Virus record (IMG/VR): IMGVR_UViG_3300025096_000008
Location: 1 to 64,000 of that record
From: a virus
Reading direction: 5' to 3' (one strand)
DNA: 64,000 nt
This document shows positions 37,487-46,289 of the stretch, piece by piece. The notes beneath the pieces were generated by a model, which saw only the letters and a program-made list of their open reading frames with translations, ran no database searches and was not told where the DNA came from. The translations under genes were made by a program, and so were the position numbers. Each line of letters starts with the position of its first letter. Position 1 is the stretch's first letter.

Positions 37487-37660
37487 ATGATTAGAATGGA
37501 ATTAGTAAGCGACCCGAACAACTATGAGGATAAATTTGTCCGGGTAGAAGTTGATAATGAAGTTTCCGTATACCGACAGATCGAGTTTGAGCTTGATGTC
37601 GAAGGCAGCAAGAAGATTGTCGTGCCTCGCCAAACACCCTTCTATCAAGTAAAGGATTAG
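37487..37660 (+). CDS. Small hypothetical protein (57 aa, not in ORF track)
   Basis: SD aggag; MIRMELVSDPNNYEDKFVRVEV...; ends just before the dUTPase. Confidence 0.6.
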   Translation: MIRMELVSDPNNYEDKFVRVEVDNEVSVYRQIEFELDVEGSKKIVVPRQTPFYQVKD

Positions 37661-37668
37661 GGGAAAAA

Positions 37669-38199
37669 ATGATACTAGAATATGTAAGAGTAAGAGAAGA
37701 TGCTTTGCCCCCCGAACGGGCAAACCCGAGTGATGCAGGGCTCGATTTGTTTTTCAATCCAGAAAACAAAGAGTCGATTTCAATCGAGCCCGGTCAAAGC
37801 AAGCTGTTTCAGACAGGCTACAAGTTTGGTATTCCTCACGGATACTGCTTGGAGGTGAAGAACCGCTCTGGCAATGCTTCCAAGAAGAATCTGCTGGTCG
37901 GAGCCTGTGTTATCGACCCAGGCTACGATGGCGAAGTCTTTGTCAACCTACACAATGTTGGCACAGAACAGAGGCAAATCAGCCCAGGTGATAAAATTGC
38001 CCAGGTGGTGATGTATCCGATTGTCCACTTCAAGGCATTCGAGAAGCATGACCAAGATTTGTATAACTACTATCCAATAGCGATGAGTGATCGTAAGGAT
38101 GGCGCACTTGGGAGCACCGACAACAAGAAGCAGGATCTGCTTTCGAAGCTTCCTGTGTATGCTGATATGTGCTTCGACTTCGAAGGGGAGCGGTCTTGA
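37669..38199 (+). CDS. dut: Trimeric dUTPase
   Basis: AGLDL, RSG, VIDPGYDGE, IAQ and RKDGALGST motifs. Confidence 0.95.
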   Translation: MILEYVRVREDALPPERANPSDAGLDLFFNPENKESISIEPGQSKLFQTGYKFGIPHGYCLEVKNRSGNASKKNLLVGACVIDPGYDGEVFVNLHNVGTEQRQISPGDKIAQVVMYPIVHFKAFEKHDQDLYNYYPIAMSDRKDGALGSTDNKKQDLLSKLPVYADMCFDFEGERS

Positions 38200-38472
38200 G
38201 CGACAAAAAACATTATGATGGCATCTTTTTGATAATAATAGCATCATTAGCAGGCTTCATTATCACAGCCCTCCTTTTTTCAGCTTTCACGGCTCCAATG
38301 GGGCTTGAGCGAATGTGTGAGGAGTTCAATGATGCCGGAGAATGATTGGCTGGGAGTAGACTTTCTACTCTTAGCAGCGGAGACACTGATGCCCTGGGCA
38401 TTTGTTGGAATCTTCATATGGACTATAGCCAAATATTATAGAAAATAATAGTCACAAGAAAAGGGATAGAAA

Positions 38473-38952
38473 ATGGATAAGAATACAAAAAAGGTTATGT
38501 TTAGCAGTAAAGATATGAGTTGGGAAACTCCTCAAAAGTTGTTCGATAAGCTAGACGAGGAGTTCAGCTTTGATTTGGATCCCTGTGCCTCCAACGACAA
38601 TGCTAAATGTAAGAACTTCTTTACGGAGGACGACGACGGACTAGCACAGTCTTGGGGACCGAACAAGTCAATATTTGTCAACCCACCATATGGCAAGGCG
38701 ATAAAGAGCTGGGTAAAAAAGGCTTACGACGAGAGTCGAAAAGAAAAAACTACTGTCGTAATGCTAATACCTTCTCGAACTGATACATCGTATTGGCACG
38801 AGTATTGTATGAAAGCCGCCGAGATCTACTTCATAAAAGGGCGAATCAAATTTAGCGATAGCAGTATGTCAGCCCCATTTCCGTCTGCAGTTGTTGTTTT
38901 TCGGGACCACTGGAAGCAACAAAACCCGCTGATGGGAGCGATCACCAGGTAA
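38473..38952 (+). CDS. Phage N6-adenine DNA methyltransferase (small Dam family)
   Basis: WETPQ, FDLDPCAS, DGLAQSW, NPPY, LIPSRTDT and GRIKF. Confidence 0.92.
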   Translation: MDKNTKKVMFSSKDMSWETPQKLFDKLDEEFSFDLDPCASNDNAKCKNFFTEDDDGLAQSWGPNKSIFVNPPYGKAIKSWVKKAYDESRKEKTTVVMLIPSRTDTSYWHEYCMKAAEIYFIKGRIKFSDSSMSAPFPSAVVVFRDHWKQQNPLMGAITR

Positions 38953-38967
38953 AAATACTACTTATTT

Positions 38968-39648
38968 ATGGTGTCTAGAGTTTTTACCCTCCCCATCGTG
39001 TTATTAGCAGCCATATTTTTCCTGGGTGCTGGGTGTGTATCTCTTGGCGAAGATGTTAAAGTTCGACCTGCTTCCTGTGAGGAAAAGAGCGAGATAACGA
39101 GGATACCAGGATGGGATATGTCCTATCAGATAGAACCATCCTGTAGCCTCCCGGATCCAGCCGACACATCGCTAGCATTACATGTTTTCTACATGGAGTG
39201 GTATAAAAGATTCGGAGATAAGTCGAACATCGTGCTCAAGAACTTGAACAGGATGACTATTGAGTGGCGACTAGAAAAGATGGTATTCAACAATGGCTAC
39301 CGGATGGACGGCACTTTCATAGAGCAAGGGACAGCAATTGGACTTACATTAGATAAAGATTATGTCGTTGTTTATTTAGGTCCAGGAGAAAAAGTACCAG
39401 ACACATCTCTGATTCACGAACTTGTCCATGCCTCGATAAGGGTTCTCTCTCCAGATAATCGAGGAGACCCAGACCACGAAGGTGGCATATACCCTGGATG
39501 GACAGAAAACCATACACGACTCATAAAAGAAGCAAACGAAATTTTAAAATTGATGGATTTAAGAAATGCCGAAAAAGATAAAAAAGACTACGAAGTCTTC
39601 CAAACGAGCGAAAAAAGACCTACAACAAAAAATGAACATGTTCGATAG
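38968..39648 (+). CDS. Lipoprotein with HExxH zinc-peptidase motif
   Basis: Signal ending LGAG-C; LIHELVH...DPDH. Confidence 0.6.
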   Translation: MVSRVFTLPIVLLAAIFFLGAGCVSLGEDVKVRPASCEEKSEITRIPGWDMSYQIEPSCSLPDPADTSLALHVFYMEWYKRFGDKSNIVLKNLNRMTIEWRLEKMVFNNGYRMDGTFIEQGTAIGLTLDKDYVVVYLGPGEKVPDTSLIHELVHASIRVLSPDNRGDPDHEGGIYPGWTENHTRLIKEANEILKLMDLRNAEKDKKDYEVFQTSEKRPTTKNEHVR

Positions 39649-39823
39649 ATTACCAGACGAGTGTAGTGCTTGTTTGAAATCGTTCGACAAAAAAGACAAG
39701 GAGATGGTGAAGTCCTGGCATGTAGTGGTAAAGAATGACGAGAATGTGGTCAGGCTTTATTGTACAAGTTGCTGGAAGGCAGCCACCTCGGTTGTTGAAG
39801 ATTTCGAATCGGGCATAAAGTGA
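39566..39823 (+). CDS. Small Zn-finger-like protein
   Basis: CSAC...CTSC with a basic N-terminus. Confidence 0.65.
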   Translation: MPKKIKKTTKSSKRAKKDLQQKMNMFDRLPDECSACLKSFDKKDKEMVKSWHVVVKNDENVVRLYCTSCWKAATSVVEDFESGIK

Positions 39824-40122
39824 TCATCGGGTTCGAGGACGAAGACACCACTTATGCTAAGCTACTTACCAAGCTTAAGCATGAGGGCATCACAAAGAGA
39901 CAGTTTTTCAGAGGAGTTGTATCTTCTTTCCTGGAAGATGACCCGAAGTTTGCCGACTACATAATAGAGTTCAAAAAAAAGAAGCATCTTTTTGTAAAAA
40001 GTAAGCAGAAAATACTTGACAAAGAGAAACAAATATCCGATAATACAAAGAGAAAGTTTAGACTATCAGAAGATGAGATAGAAGGCTTGTTCGACATGTT
40101 TGAAGAGGAAATGGACATATGA
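39820..40122 (+). CDS. Putative ribbon-helix-helix DNA-binding protein with acidic tail
   Basis: Short strand plus two helices (GITKRQFFRGVV); coupled by GTGA/ATGA overlaps. Confidence 0.45.
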   Translation: MIIGFEDEDTTYAKLLTKLKHEGITKRQFFRGVVSSFLEDDPKFADYIIEFKKKKHLFVKSKQKILDKEKQISDNTKRKFRLSEDEIEGLFDMFEEEMDI

Positions 40123-40355
40123 AGGACTGCGCTAAGAAATGCTACACATCGGGCGACATGTGTCTGAAAGAGGATTGTAGGCTGTGGATAGAGCACAAAG
40201 AGGATAACAACTGTGTAGCGATATCCATAGAGAAGAACGGAGAAATGACTCTCCACCAGATTTCTGAAAGGCTGGGAGTTAGTTATGTGAGAGTGAAGCA
40301 AATACAAGATAAGGCACTAAACAAGCTTAATAAAAGATTGCTTGTTATAGAGTGA
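40119..40355 (+). CDS. Stand-alone sigma70 region-4 HTH protein with Cys-rich N-terminus
   Basis: MTLHQISERLGVSYVRVKQIQDKALNKL matches sigma region 4.2 (TLEEVG..F.VTRERIRQIE.KALRKL). Confidence 0.85.
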   Translation: MKDCAKKCYTSGDMCLKEDCRLWIEHKEDNNCVAISIEKNGEMTLHQISERLGVSYVRVKQIQDKALNKLNKRLLVIE

Positions 40356-40453
40356 TAAAAAGGGATTTTTGCCTTTCTGAACACTATTTATAGATGATTT
40401 AAAGTTTCTTTATCGCCACAAAGGCGAATTAATATTCATAGGGAGAGAGAGTT

Positions 40454-41008
40454 ATGTCTAAGAAAACGTTGCTAGAAGAAGGTTCAGTCCGTCATTTTAT
40501 GAAACTGGCTAGCCTACAACCACTAGCTGAAGAGTTCGTATCGGATTTGTACAAGGAAGAAGTAGTCGAAGAGGCTGCTGACGAAACAGAGGAAGTCGCC
40601 GAAGCAGTTGAAGCTGATACGGCAGAAGTTGTTGACGAAGATGTGACCGAAGAAGTCGTTAGTGAAGAAGAGCCAGCCCCTGAGATGGACATGGAAGCAG
40701 AAGAGCCAGCCCCTGAGATGGACATGGAAGCAGAAGAGCTCTCCATCACTCCAGAAGAGGCTGAAATTCTTGTGAAGCTCGGGCAAAAGATTGCTGCCGC
40801 CGGCACCGAAGAGGCTCCTGCCGAAGACGAGATGGAAATGGATTCCGAGCTAGAGGCACCCGCTGACGACATGGGCGGAGAAGAGATGGAAATGGCTTCC
40901 GAGGAAGAGGAAGAAGCTCCTGCCATGAGAGATATGTATGAGAACCTAGATGACTTGGTAGCCGAGGTTAGCAAGCGAGTAAAAGAACGACTAGCCGCTA
41001 AACAATAA
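40454..41008 (+). CDS. Highly acidic putative prohead core/internal protein
   Basis: Begins LLEE..VRHFMKLASL; 33-bp duplication EEPAPEMDMEA; CTATTTAT upstream and a terminator downstream. Confidence 0.65.
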   Translation: MSKKTLLEEGSVRHFMKLASLQPLAEEFVSDLYKEEVVEEAADETEEVAEAVEADTAEVVDEDVTEEVVSEEEPAPEMDMEAEEPAPEMDMEAEELSITPEEAEILVKLGQKIAAAGTEEAPAEDEMEMDSELEAPADDMGGEEMEMASEEEEEAPAMRDMYENLDDLVAEVSKRVKERLAAKQ

Positions 41009-41031
41009 GCTATACATCTAGAAGAAGATGG

Positions 41032-41070
41032 AAAAAACCACCTGCATCCCTTTGAGCAGGTGGTTTTTTT
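41032..41070 (+). terminator. Rho-independent terminator (A-flanked, possibly bidirectional)
   Basis: aaaaaaccacctgc...gcaggtggttttttt. Confidence 0.88.
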
Positions 41071-41072
41071 GC

Positions 41073-41101
41073 TTGACAAGCTTGAAAAGAAGTTTTATAA
41101 T
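41073..41101 (+). promoter_or_regulatory. sigma70-type promoter
   Basis: TTGACA-17-TATAAT, followed by CTATTTAT at 41111. Confidence 0.85.
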
Positions 41102-41142
41102 CTTTCTGAACTATTTATTTTGAATATGGGAAGTTATTTATC

Positions 41143-41331
41143 ATGGTCGAGTTTTCTAGAAAGTTATGGTACAAGACAGTGCTACACACCCTACAGAAGA
41201 AATATGATCGGCAGTGGAACAGATGTCTTAAACTGAGAGGCTCCGGTCAGATCGGCAAGATGGCAACTGAATTTTTGAAAAGCGAGGAAATACGGACCAG
41301 AATTGAGTCCGAAAGGAAGAAGATGAAATGA
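41143..41331 (+). CDS. Hypothetical small basic protein
   Basis: Lies downstream of two promoter motifs; ATGA overlap with the next gene. Confidence 0.5.
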   Translation: MVEFSRKLWYKTVLHTLQKKYDRQWNRCLKLRGSGQIGKMATEFLKSEEIRTRIESERKKMK

Positions 41332-42602
41332 AGAAAGAATCTAAGCTATTGTTGGAATTTATCGACGAAGAGATGGAGGCAATCGCCCCTTCAAAGGCTC
41401 GCCTTTTGAGAGAGGCTACTGAGGGCATGGGACTACACGATCTAGCGAGCTCGGGGCAGACCAAAGCATCGGCAGATGGATATGATTGTAGGCAGGATAA
41501 AGTAAACAGAGGAGACATCGTTGAGGGCATTGTGGCTGCAGCCATCGCTGCTTCTTTTTATAACAAAGGTGAGCCAGTTAAGGCAGGGCAGATCTTCTGG
41601 TGGCTCAAAGAAGGGGCAGGAGTTTTCGAGCTTCCAGGGCACCCCCACATCTCGATTGATTTCACTTCCAAGGTGGCTGGTGGTGGAGACTCTCACTTAG
41701 AAGATGTTAGATTTGTCCCGTGCCTAATCGGAGAATACGAGGGGGCACTAAGTTATGTGAACGATTATGCTGCTGGCATAGTTAAAGAGACAATAGAAGG
41801 GATTAATCGAGCTAAGAGTAAGTCGCCCCATACGATTTATATCGGAGCGGACGGAACTTCTGACCAAAAAGGGTCAAAGGCTGATGTAAAAGTGCTTCTG
41901 GATGATGAGCCTATAGCTGGCTTGAAGCCTCTGAGCCTGAAAGTAAAGGGTGGCGAGCAATTTTTTCAAGTGGCAGTCACCAATCCTGTTGCCGGCATTG
42001 ACAAAATGTTTAACGATACCCTAAAGCTAGGTATTAGTGTTCCAGGCTTCAAAAAATACTATGACAATGAGCCAGGCTGGAAAACTCAATATTCTGCTAG
42101 AATTTCCCAGGAAAATGCTGAGAAAGATCCTAGGATGAAACGTTTTCTAGAGAAAGCAATCTCCGAGTATAAGAATGTTTATAAAAAAGCAGAAGAAGAG
42201 CTCAGCCAGCTTCTGAAGGTTCCAGAGTACATAAAAACGACATTAGCTAGTGCGATTGTAGAGGGAATGGTTGGAAAAGAGGACATAGTTATGCTAAAGA
42301 TTGATAACCGAGCGGGACGATACTTTGTGAGGAATAGGGAGGCGATATCTAAGCTGGCTGAAAAAGATGTTTTCGACTTTAAAACTGAGCTTGTCGGTGA
42401 AAAAGGCTGGCCAGAGATAAAGGTTAATGTCGTCAACAAAACGACAGGCAAAGAGTATGAACTTCTCAAGATCAGACCCAGAGCAGACAGTGCTAAGAGC
42501 AGTTCAGGCAAATATTCTCCTTGGTTCCGACATCTAATGTCAACGGGATCTGGATTTTTCGATTTCGACGAAGATGTTGAAAGGCAAATTTCCGCTTCCT
42601 GA
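41328..42602 (+). CDS. Putative PD-(D/E)xK-type nuclease with capsid-targeting-like N-terminus
   Basis: GDIVEG...KADVKV...LSLK (E...D...SxK arrangement). Confidence 0.5.
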   Translation: MKKESKLLLEFIDEEMEAIAPSKARLLREATEGMGLHDLASSGQTKASADGYDCRQDKVNRGDIVEGIVAAAIAASFYNKGEPVKAGQIFWWLKEGAGVFELPGHPHISIDFTSKVAGGGDSHLEDVRFVPCLIGEYEGALSYVNDYAAGIVKETIEGINRAKSKSPHTIYIGADGTSDQKGSKADVKVLLDDEPIAGLKPLSLKVKGGEQFFQVAVTNPVAGIDKMFNDTLKLGISVPGFKKYYDNEPGWKTQYSARISQENAEKDPRMKRFLEKAISEYKNVYKKAEEELSQLLKVPEYIKTTLASAIVEGMVGKEDIVMLKIDNRAGRYFVRNREAISKLAEKDVFDFKTELVGEKGWPEIKVNVVNKTTGKEYELLKIRPRADSAKSSSGKYSPWFRHLMSTGSGFFDFDEDVERQISAS

Positions 42603-42615
42603 CGAAAAATAATCC

Positions 42616-42643
42616 TTGACTTTCTAAATAATACGGTTATAAT
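42616..42643 (+). promoter_or_regulatory. sigma70-type promoter for groEL
   Basis: TTGACT-16-TATAAT. Confidence 0.75.
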
Positions 42644-42676
42644 ACTAAGAGAGATTTTTCTTTTCTCGGAGGATAC

Positions 42677-44242
42677 ATGAAAAATTATGATGACGGCAGC
42701 TCTTTATCACAAAAAATTCTAGACGGAGTTAACAAGTTGGCGGACAATGTTGCCGCCACAATGGGACCAAGGGGCAGGAATGTTGTTATCCAGCCTAAGA
42801 ATGGAAATCCGATCATAACCAAAGACGGGGTAACAGTAGCACGGTTCATAGACTTTACTGACCCATTCGAAAATGTCGGTGCCCAAGTAATCAAACAGGC
42901 AAGCGAAGAGACGAACACCAGTGCTGGTGACGGCACCACCACAGCCATCGTCCTCTCTCGGGCAATCTTCATTGAGGCACAGAAATACATCGCTGCTGGA
43001 GCATCTCCAGTTGAGCTCAAACGAGGCATCGACAAGGCATCAGCCGTTATCGTAAATAACCTCCGAGCCAGTGCCAAGAGGGTGACGAAGCTGGACGACA
43101 TTGAAGACATCGCCACCATCTCGGCTAACGGTGATCGGACAATAGGAAAGCTCATCTCCACAGCCATCGACATGATCGGCAAAGACGGTTCAATAACCAT
43201 CGAGGACGGCAAGTCGCTAGAGACTAGCCTAGATGTAGTTGAGGGCTTTCGCTTCGACAGCGGCTATGCCGCCAGTGCCTTTATCACTGATGAGCGGAGA
43301 GGAGTTCTAAAATATAACGATCCTCTCTTCCTAATCACAGACGAAAAGATTGAGTTCGTGGAAGACATCCTCCCAGCACTAGAACTGGCGGCACGAGATG
43401 GTCGCCCCATCGTCGTCGTAGCAGAAGAGATTGAGGGTCAAGCTTTAGCGGCAATGATTATGAATACGGTGAGGGGAACGATGAAGGTCGCCGCCATCAA
43501 GGCACCTCGCTACGGAGACGAGCGAAGGAACATCCTCCAAGACTTGGCTACCAGTGTCGGTGCCACTTTTGTAACCAGGGAGTCAGGGCTCAGTCTTCGT
43601 GATATCAAATTGACTCACCTCGGAAACGCTAAAACGATTGAGGCATCAAAAATAGCCACAACCATCGTTGGCGGCAACGGGGATACTGCCCAGGTAGAAC
43701 AAAGGATTGAATCTCTTAAATCACTCTTTGAGCAGACAGACAACATGCAGGCTTGTGAGAGGATCCAAGAGAGGATTACTAGATTGGCTAGCGGCATTGC
43801 TATCATTAGTGTGGGGGGCAACACTGAAATAGAGATGACGGAAAAGAAGCATCGCATCGAAGATGCTCTTGAGGCAGTGAAGTCAGCTCAGCAAGAGGGG
43901 ATGGTATGTGGCGGAGGCATGGCACTCCTGTCGGCAGCCCGAGGTGTGGAGATACAGGCAGATAACTCTGACCAGGAATATGGTGCTCAGATTGTGCTCA
44001 AGGCGATTCAGGAGCCCTTGCGGCAAATGGCGGCTAATGCCGGCAAGAAGCCAGATGTCTTGTTAGATGGAGCTCTAGGGCTTGACGAGGGCTATGGCTT
44101 CGATATGTCAACAGGTAATACGGTGGATCTGCTGGGTAGCGGGATCATAGATCCAGCAAAAGTAACCAGGTGTGCTCTTCAGAATGCTGTATCGGCAATA
44201 GGGACACTTATTACTACGAGTCACGCCATTATCGAGGACTAG
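42677..44242 (+). CDS. groEL: Chaperonin GroEL
   Basis: TMGPRGRNV, ITKDGVTVA, GDGTTTA and GIIDPAKVTR; lacks the GGM tail. Confidence 0.97.
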   Translation: MKNYDDGSSLSQKILDGVNKLADNVAATMGPRGRNVVIQPKNGNPIITKDGVTVARFIDFTDPFENVGAQVIKQASEETNTSAGDGTTTAIVLSRAIFIEAQKYIAAGASPVELKRGIDKASAVIVNNLRASAKRVTKLDDIEDIATISANGDRTIGKLISTAIDMIGKDGSITIEDGKSLETSLDVVEGFRFDSGYAASAFITDERRGVLKYNDPLFLITDEKIEFVEDILPALELAARDGRPIVVVAEEIEGQALAAMIMNTVRGTMKVAAIKAPRYGDERRNILQDLATSVGATFVTRESGLSLRDIKLTHLGNAKTIEASKIATTIVGGNGDTAQVEQRIESLKSLFEQTDNMQACERIQERITRLASGIAIISVGGNTEIEMTEKKHRIEDALEAVKSAQQEGMVCGGGMALLSAARGVEIQADNSDQEYGAQIVLKAIQEPLRQMAANAGKKPDVLLDGALGLDEGYGFDMSTGNTVDLLGSGIIDPAKVTRCALQNAVSAIGTLITTSHAIIED

Positions 44243-44278
44243 CATACTATTTATGGTATCTAGCCAAGAGGATTTTCC

Positions 44279-44560
44279 ATGTCGCCCACGGACTCTGACG
44301 AAACAGTAAAACAACTAGTTGAGCTTAATTCTAAGCTGGATATGCTAGAGATGAAAATTGACGAAGTAAAAGAAAGGCAAGAAGGCATGGCTGAAGACAT
44401 GGCGAAAGTCCGAGAATCGGTATACCACCCCGATCAAGGATTGTATGCTCGACTTAGAGAGCTGGAGGCTTGGCAGAAGACATCCTCCAAGATCATTTGG
44501 ATGGTTGTATCGACAATGATAGGTATTGTTGCATACACCATCACAAAAACCCTAGGCTAA
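44279..44560 (+). CDS. Coiled-coil protein with C-terminal TM helix (holin/XhlA-like topology)
   Basis: Ends IIWMVVSTMIGIVAYTI; CTATTTAT upstream. Confidence 0.55.
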   Translation: MSPTDSDETVKQLVELNSKLDMLEMKIDEVKERQEGMAEDMAKVRESVYHPDQGLYARLRELEAWQKTSSKIIWMVVSTMIGIVAYTITKTLG

Positions 44561-44571
44561 ACAAAAAACAC

Positions 44572-44600
44572 TTGACTTATTTATATTAAGGTGCTATGAT
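44572..44600 (+). promoter_or_regulatory. sigma70-type promoter
   Basis: TTGACT-17-TATGAT with TG. Confidence 0.8.
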
Positions 44601-44633
44601 TATGACTAGCATTGGACAAGTATGGAGGTATTT

Positions 44634-44927
44634 GTGAGCGAAGTAAAGATTTCTTTCCGAACATCCCTTAAGGATTTACCGGGAGATATAAAATTATTGA
44701 TTTCCGACATAGCTAATAACTTACAGTTGGAAGCCAACAACAGCAGAGCGGCTTCTGACTCTCTATCTCAAGGTAGATGTAGTCGAACCATCTCATCTCT
44801 GGAGGATATGAAGAAAGACATGAAAAAGATAGAATCCAGAATAGAGGACTGTATTTCTATTTTACGGCAATACGAGAGTTATATGACACTTGACACCTCA
44901 GAGGCAGAGCCCGATGAAGAGCGGTGA
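44634..44927 (+). CDS. Hypothetical coiled-coil protein
   Basis: GTG after ggagg (the track start is 44622). Confidence 0.6.
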   Translation: MSEVKISFRTSLKDLPGDIKLLISDIANNLQLEANNSRAASDSLSQGRCSRTISSLEDMKKDMKKIESRIEDCISILRQYESYMTLDTSEAEPDEER

Positions 44928-45132
44928 TCTAGTTCATGTACCGTCAAATGTCCTTCTTCTTTCTGATGCCGAAGGTGGTTCGTTTAAGTTTACCACCGAG
45001 CCCACATTGGGAATCGTGACTCGGGAAAGCCTTAGTGACGGAAAGTATTATAAGATTTATTGCCTAGGAAGGGAGTGGACGATTCGCCAAGAGTGTGCCT
45101 ACCCTTTTAGCAAGAAGGAGACGAGATGTTAA
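44914..45132 (+). CDS. Small KOW/SH3-like protein
   Basis: MKSGDLVHV...LGIV...YYKIY. Confidence 0.55.
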   Translation: MKSGDLVHVPSNVLLLSDAEGGSFKFTTEPTLGIVTRESLSDGKYYKIYCLGREWTIRQECAYPFSKKETRC

Positions 45133-45404
45133 TTGAGCTTGTAGAAGTAGTGGACAGAGGAAAGGGAGTCTACGAAATAAAAGAGGTCTTTGTAAATCCA
45201 GATAGCATAGTGAGTGTCAAGAGGGATGACAATACCAAGAGGCTCCTAGATGAAGGTAAGCTTCCGTGGGATCTCCACAAGCAGCAATCATTTTCTAGGA
45301 TCGTGCTTGGAGCTACGGCAGAAGAGACTCTGGTAGTAGTGGGAACCCCAGCACAGGTTATGGAAAAGTGTTATGTTGCAACCTCTCGCCTCTTGAAAGG
45401 ATAG
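45126..45404 (+). CDS. FlbD-like small beta protein
   Basis: MLIEL...EVFVNPDSIVSV...LVVVGTPAQV. Confidence 0.5.
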   Translation: MLIELVEVVDRGKGVYEIKEVFVNPDSIVSVKRDDNTKRLLDEGKLPWDLHKQQSFSRIVLGATAEETLVVVGTPAQVMEKCYVATSRLLKG

Positions 45405-45407
45405 AAA

Positions 45408-45662
45408 ATGTTTTCATTCTACCATCTGTTTATAAAAGTGGATTGCCCATACTGCCGAGAAGCCATAGAGCTGCTGGAAGAACATCAAGAAAGCTATGTG
45501 GTATCTGTTGTCGATAAGTGCCAGGGATATCTCAACATGGTGAAAAAGCAATTCGGACACGAGACAGTTCCTGTCATCTTATATTGTAAGAGCGACGGAG
45601 CAATGGACTTAGTTGGCGGTGCCCGAGAACTCATTGAATTTCTTGAGACACAGAAAAAATAG
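45408..45662 (+). CDS. Glutaredoxin
   Basis: CPYC, TVPVI and VGG. Confidence 0.88.
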   Translation: MFSFYHLFIKVDCPYCREAIELLEEHQESYVVSVVDKCQGYLNMVKKQFGHETVPVILYCKSDGAMDLVGGARELIEFLETQKK

Positions 45663-45670
45663 GAGCAGCT

Positions 45671-46054
45671 ATGGAAATCCCCTGTAAATGGAAACCAATC
45701 GAGGAGTTCTCATTTAGGAACGAAGAGAAGAAATACGGTAGGTATCACGGCTCTATGTTTTGGAACGTCAAAGGATTCGGCTTAAAGCGCTGGGTTGTCG
45801 GAGGATACCTAGAGGTTGATTATGAGGAGCTAAAGGCAGATGGGCTTACAGAGAGAGAAATAGTCGAGGGATGCTTGGTATACTTGAATAGGCCACCACC
45901 AAGACAAAAGTTCCAGAGGAAAGAAGGCAAGCCACTTTATGGGTGCCTAGAATACTACAAGCATAAGATCACACCAGCCGGCATTGAAGTTCTGGTGATC
46001 ACAAACGAAAGAAAGAATAAGCGTTTTTGGTCAGAAGGTGCCGTAGTTTCATAG
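45671..46054 (+). CDS. Hypothetical protein
   Basis: SD aggag; 127-aa ORF. Confidence 0.65.
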   Translation: MEIPCKWKPIEEFSFRNEEKKYGRYHGSMFWNVKGFGLKRWVVGGYLEVDYEELKADGLTEREIVEGCLVYLNRPPPRQKFQRKEGKPLYGCLEYYKHKITPAGIEVLVITNERKNKRFWSEGAVVS

Positions 46055-46078
46055 AGAACAGAAATATTGAGAAATAGC

Positions 46079-46107
46079 TTGACAGATTAGAGGCAATATG
46101 TTATGAT
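46079..46107 (+). promoter_or_regulatory. sigma70-type promoter for the tRNA
   Basis: TTGACA-17-TATGAT. Confidence 0.85.
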
Positions 46108-46118
46108 CTAATCTGCTT

Positions 46119-46193
46119 GGACTTGTAGCTCAGCGGTAGAGCGACCCGCTCATAACGGGTTGGTCGTAGGTTCAAATCCTACCGGGTCCACCA
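46119..46193 (+). tRNA. tRNA with CAU anticodon, most likely tRNA-Ile2 (lysidine)
   Basis: Cloverleaf: GGACTTG/CGGGTCC acceptor stem, ACCCG-CTCATAA-CGGGT anticodon arm, GTAGG-TTCAAAT-CCTAC T arm, encoded CCA; no initiator features. Confidence 0.95.
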
Positions 46194-46228
46194 CTTGACA
46201 GCCACTCTGTGGTGTTTATATTATATCT

Positions 46229-46289
46229 GTGTCGCCTTCTAGGGGCACACTAACTAAGTCATAAGCTTGCTTATAAAGGAGAACAGATG
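46229..46289 (+). promoter_or_regulatory. ROSE-like RNA thermometer in the hsp20 leader
   Basis: An upstream hairpin plus cUUGCUU-aua-AAGGAG, which pairs the SD with a bulged G. Confidence 0.6.

Noticed and set aside
38196-38448. Two tiny hydrophobic ORFs after dut, and similar ones near 55730 and 59296
   Set aside because: They are plausible small membrane proteins but too short to support without conservation data.
46119-46193. tRNA as a prophage attachment site
   Set aside because: No integrase or duplicated 3' end was seen, and phage genes continue on both sides.
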